Assembly (NCBI GenBank): GCA_021432655.1
Contig: MU271309.1
Location: 62,001 to 97,875 of the forward strand
DNA: 35,875 nt
From: Atractiella rhizophila
Lineage: Eukaryota
Direction of reading: 5' to 3'
The notes below the pieces were generated by a model that worked only from the letters and a program-made list of their open reading frames with translations, did not search any database and was not told the origin of the DNA. The position numbers and the translations under genes were made by a program. The number at the start of each line of letters is the position of its first letter. The stretch's first letter is position 1. Below are positions 33,330 to 35,875 of this stretch, piece after piece.

Positions 33330-35875
33330 AGGAACTCTGCCAGTTCAATGGATTCAGCGAGGCAAAAGGTAAAATGGTTCCGAAAATTGAGTAAGAGTGT
33401 ATCTTTTGCAGGTGCGATCATCACTTGCTCTGTTTTATAGTCTTCACTAATTTCAGTACTGATATTTGTCTGTCAGTGTAAAGATAATCATCGAGAAAGG
33501 GAACACCGGAAACTTGAACAAACACATCCAGTGCTGGCGTCACCGTTACTCGACGGCTGCTCAGAAGCTCAACTGCGCGCCAAAGAAGCCTGAGCCCAAG
33601 TTGAAGAAAGGCTCTATTGTGAAGTACAAAATTGGGAGGGACAGACTTATGGATGAGTTCAAGGTGTGTTTTACTTAAGTCGCTGGTTGTTTTCAATGCT
33701 GAGTCCTCCTGCTTAGTTGGTCAACAATAGAATTGCACTTACTTGGGATTCTTGGACTCCCAAAAGTATGCAGTACTCATTCATGGCCGTCTTTGCCATT
33801 TGGATAGATGCCATGTGGAACATCAAGGTAAACTATTCTCAGCTCTCATTTCCATGTTAGTTATCTAATCAAGCTCATTGATAGATCCGCTTGCTACGTT
33901 TCCCTCGACTCCTCGGTCGACATTCAGCTGTCCGGTCTAGTCTTGTCATATGGAATGTGCTCCGAAGCCGTGGCATCCTCGAACGGGTATGTCTTCTCTC
34001 TATTACCATTTTTCTGGTTCTCAGGACTAGCCAAATATCGACACTCAGCGGAGACAACACAAACGTCAATCCTGCGACTATAAGGAGTCTTGGGGGACTC
34101 TATTACGATGCCAATCTCACGACTTTCGATGCTGACAATGCCTTCATTGGTTGTCCACTCCATCGAATACACCCCACTGTCTCCAAAGCCCTTCGACATC
34201 TCGGTCACATTGACGATGAAACGACTGATTCCTTCGTGACCATGCGTCAAGCTATGCTCTCCGTTATCTTTGAGGTCGAAGAAGAAGATCCTGGTCAGGA
34301 GCTAGCGAATAATGAGGAAGATACTGGCCCAGCACACATTGATTCGGATATTCAGGAAGAAAAGGATGTTCAAGAGGCGAATGATGTTATTGCGATGGAG
34401 ATGGATATTCGGGAACCAGTAAATGGTGCTGGGAGGGGGTTGCGATCCATGGTGCCACCTCGCCTGAGAATGGCCAACCGCTCTCTCAGTTGGAATCGGC
34501 TGGGCAGGAAGGAGTTGAGACTCCGCTCAAACCACTGGAGAAGGTGAGCTTATGTGTCTAAGCAAAATGATCTTCGGATAGATATCTGACATGTTCTCAG
34601 CTTGTACTCGTTTCTGGCGCTATTGTTCGAACGCCTCAACACCGTGAAGCGTTCTCCACAATTGCTAAACTCAGCCTCCCTCCTCCAATCGCGACCCTCT
34701 TGCCAGAACATCCCGTAGACAACCGGTGGAATGGTACCCATAATTATCTGGATTGGGCAATAATCATTAAAGCAGTATGTCTTGATCTCTCCTTCCGACT
34801 TCCATGGTATTGGGCTCAAGATGCAAGGAACAGGCACTCCAGATTCTTTGCCGCAAGAATGACTTCCGCCGTTATGCACTCACTGACCGGGAGTGCATCA
34901 TGTTAGAAACATTGCTCAAGGAAATACTTAACGTAAGTCATGTTTCAGCCCTCCGAACCAGAAACTGCAAACTAACTTGCCAAAAGCCGTTTCATACCGC
35001 AACTGGGTTTCTATCCCAAGAAACGGAACCGACTTTGCCTGTCATATACATCGCTTACTCTACGCTCATTGCCCACTTTCGTCACGTCTTGGCAACGGGC
35101 AGACCAGCTGAGCTGGAGTGGGACTCTACTTTGAAGGAATGTGCAGTTAAGATGGCAGCAAGGTTAGAAGAAGATTGGACCTATTACAAGAAGAATAAGA
35201 ATGTTCTGTTGGCAGCATGTGCGTATTATTCTTTGCGAAGCCTCACTTTTCACTTTCTTTGATTCCATCCACTGATGATTCTTCTACAGATTTGCACCCC
35301 GGCATCCGCTCCACGTTCCTCCAAAATGAACAGATGTTCACCCACGCTGAGGCTGTAGAGGTCCATCGAATGATTGATACCACATTCGCGCAATACGCTG
35401 CGAAACATGCCACCTTGCTGCCAGCCATCCCGTCTCACCAACATACCTCGCCTTCCGTGATTCCTGTTTCAGGGACTATGTTTCAACACCGCTCTCACAT
35501 GTCAGCAAGCTCAACTCCCTCTTTCCGCAACTGAGCAGCAGCGGTACGACATCCTCATGCTCGAGCCGTACAAGAAGGATACCTCAATTTTATTGTGGTA
35601 TAAGGTATTTTACTTCGCCTCTACTCTTGGCATCCATGTTGACGTCTTCTTCTCAGACACATGAGAAAGATTTCCCTATACACTCATTGATGGCCCGAGA
35701 CATCTTCCCCAACCCCGCCTCCAGCATGATACCGGAGTCATCTTTCTCCATGTCAAGAACGACAACAAGGGATAACCACGGGAAACTCAAATCACAATCA
35801 GTCTCGACTTTCATCAGCCTGAGACTGTGGAGAAGAGAGGGTTTGATTACTTTGGAAGGTGATGAGGAGGAGATG
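33330..35875 (+). pseudogene. hAT transposase, nearly full length, degenerate, running to the window end
   Basis: BED-finger-like GNTGNLNKHI..H; DSWT..YSFMAV (D1); SGDNTNVN (D2); GCPLHRIH (CxxH); VDNRWNGT; KPFHTAT..PTLP; LHP; FP..LMARDIFPNPASSMIPESSFS (E). Frameshifts and introns. Confidence 0.92.

Overview
Fungal, most likely basidiomycete, genomic DNA, judged from short 45-60 nt GT-AG introns, a Zn2Cys6 cluster relic and a GCN4/CPC1-type bZIP. The window is almost entirely nested, decaying transposons, with no clearly intact host gene. It holds four hAT elements or fragments, a Helitron Rep/helicase, an IS630/Tc1/mariner-type transposase with a very long D-E spacing, a Ty1/copia RT-RNase H and several solo LTRs. 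It also holds a 5.3 kb CCC...GGG-ended CACTA-like element with two divergent genes and an apparent 7-bp TSD. Degenerate Zn2Cys6, bZIP and alpha-kinase sequences lie between the elements. The strongest structural result is a ~9.15 kb inversion (21309-30459) between two inverted LTR-like copies. Reversing it restores a hAT element's TIR orientation, its 8-bp TSD and a 5-bp LTR TSD. CpG-to-TpG/CpA decay is pervasive. All family calls rest on motif recognition by eye; no searches were run.
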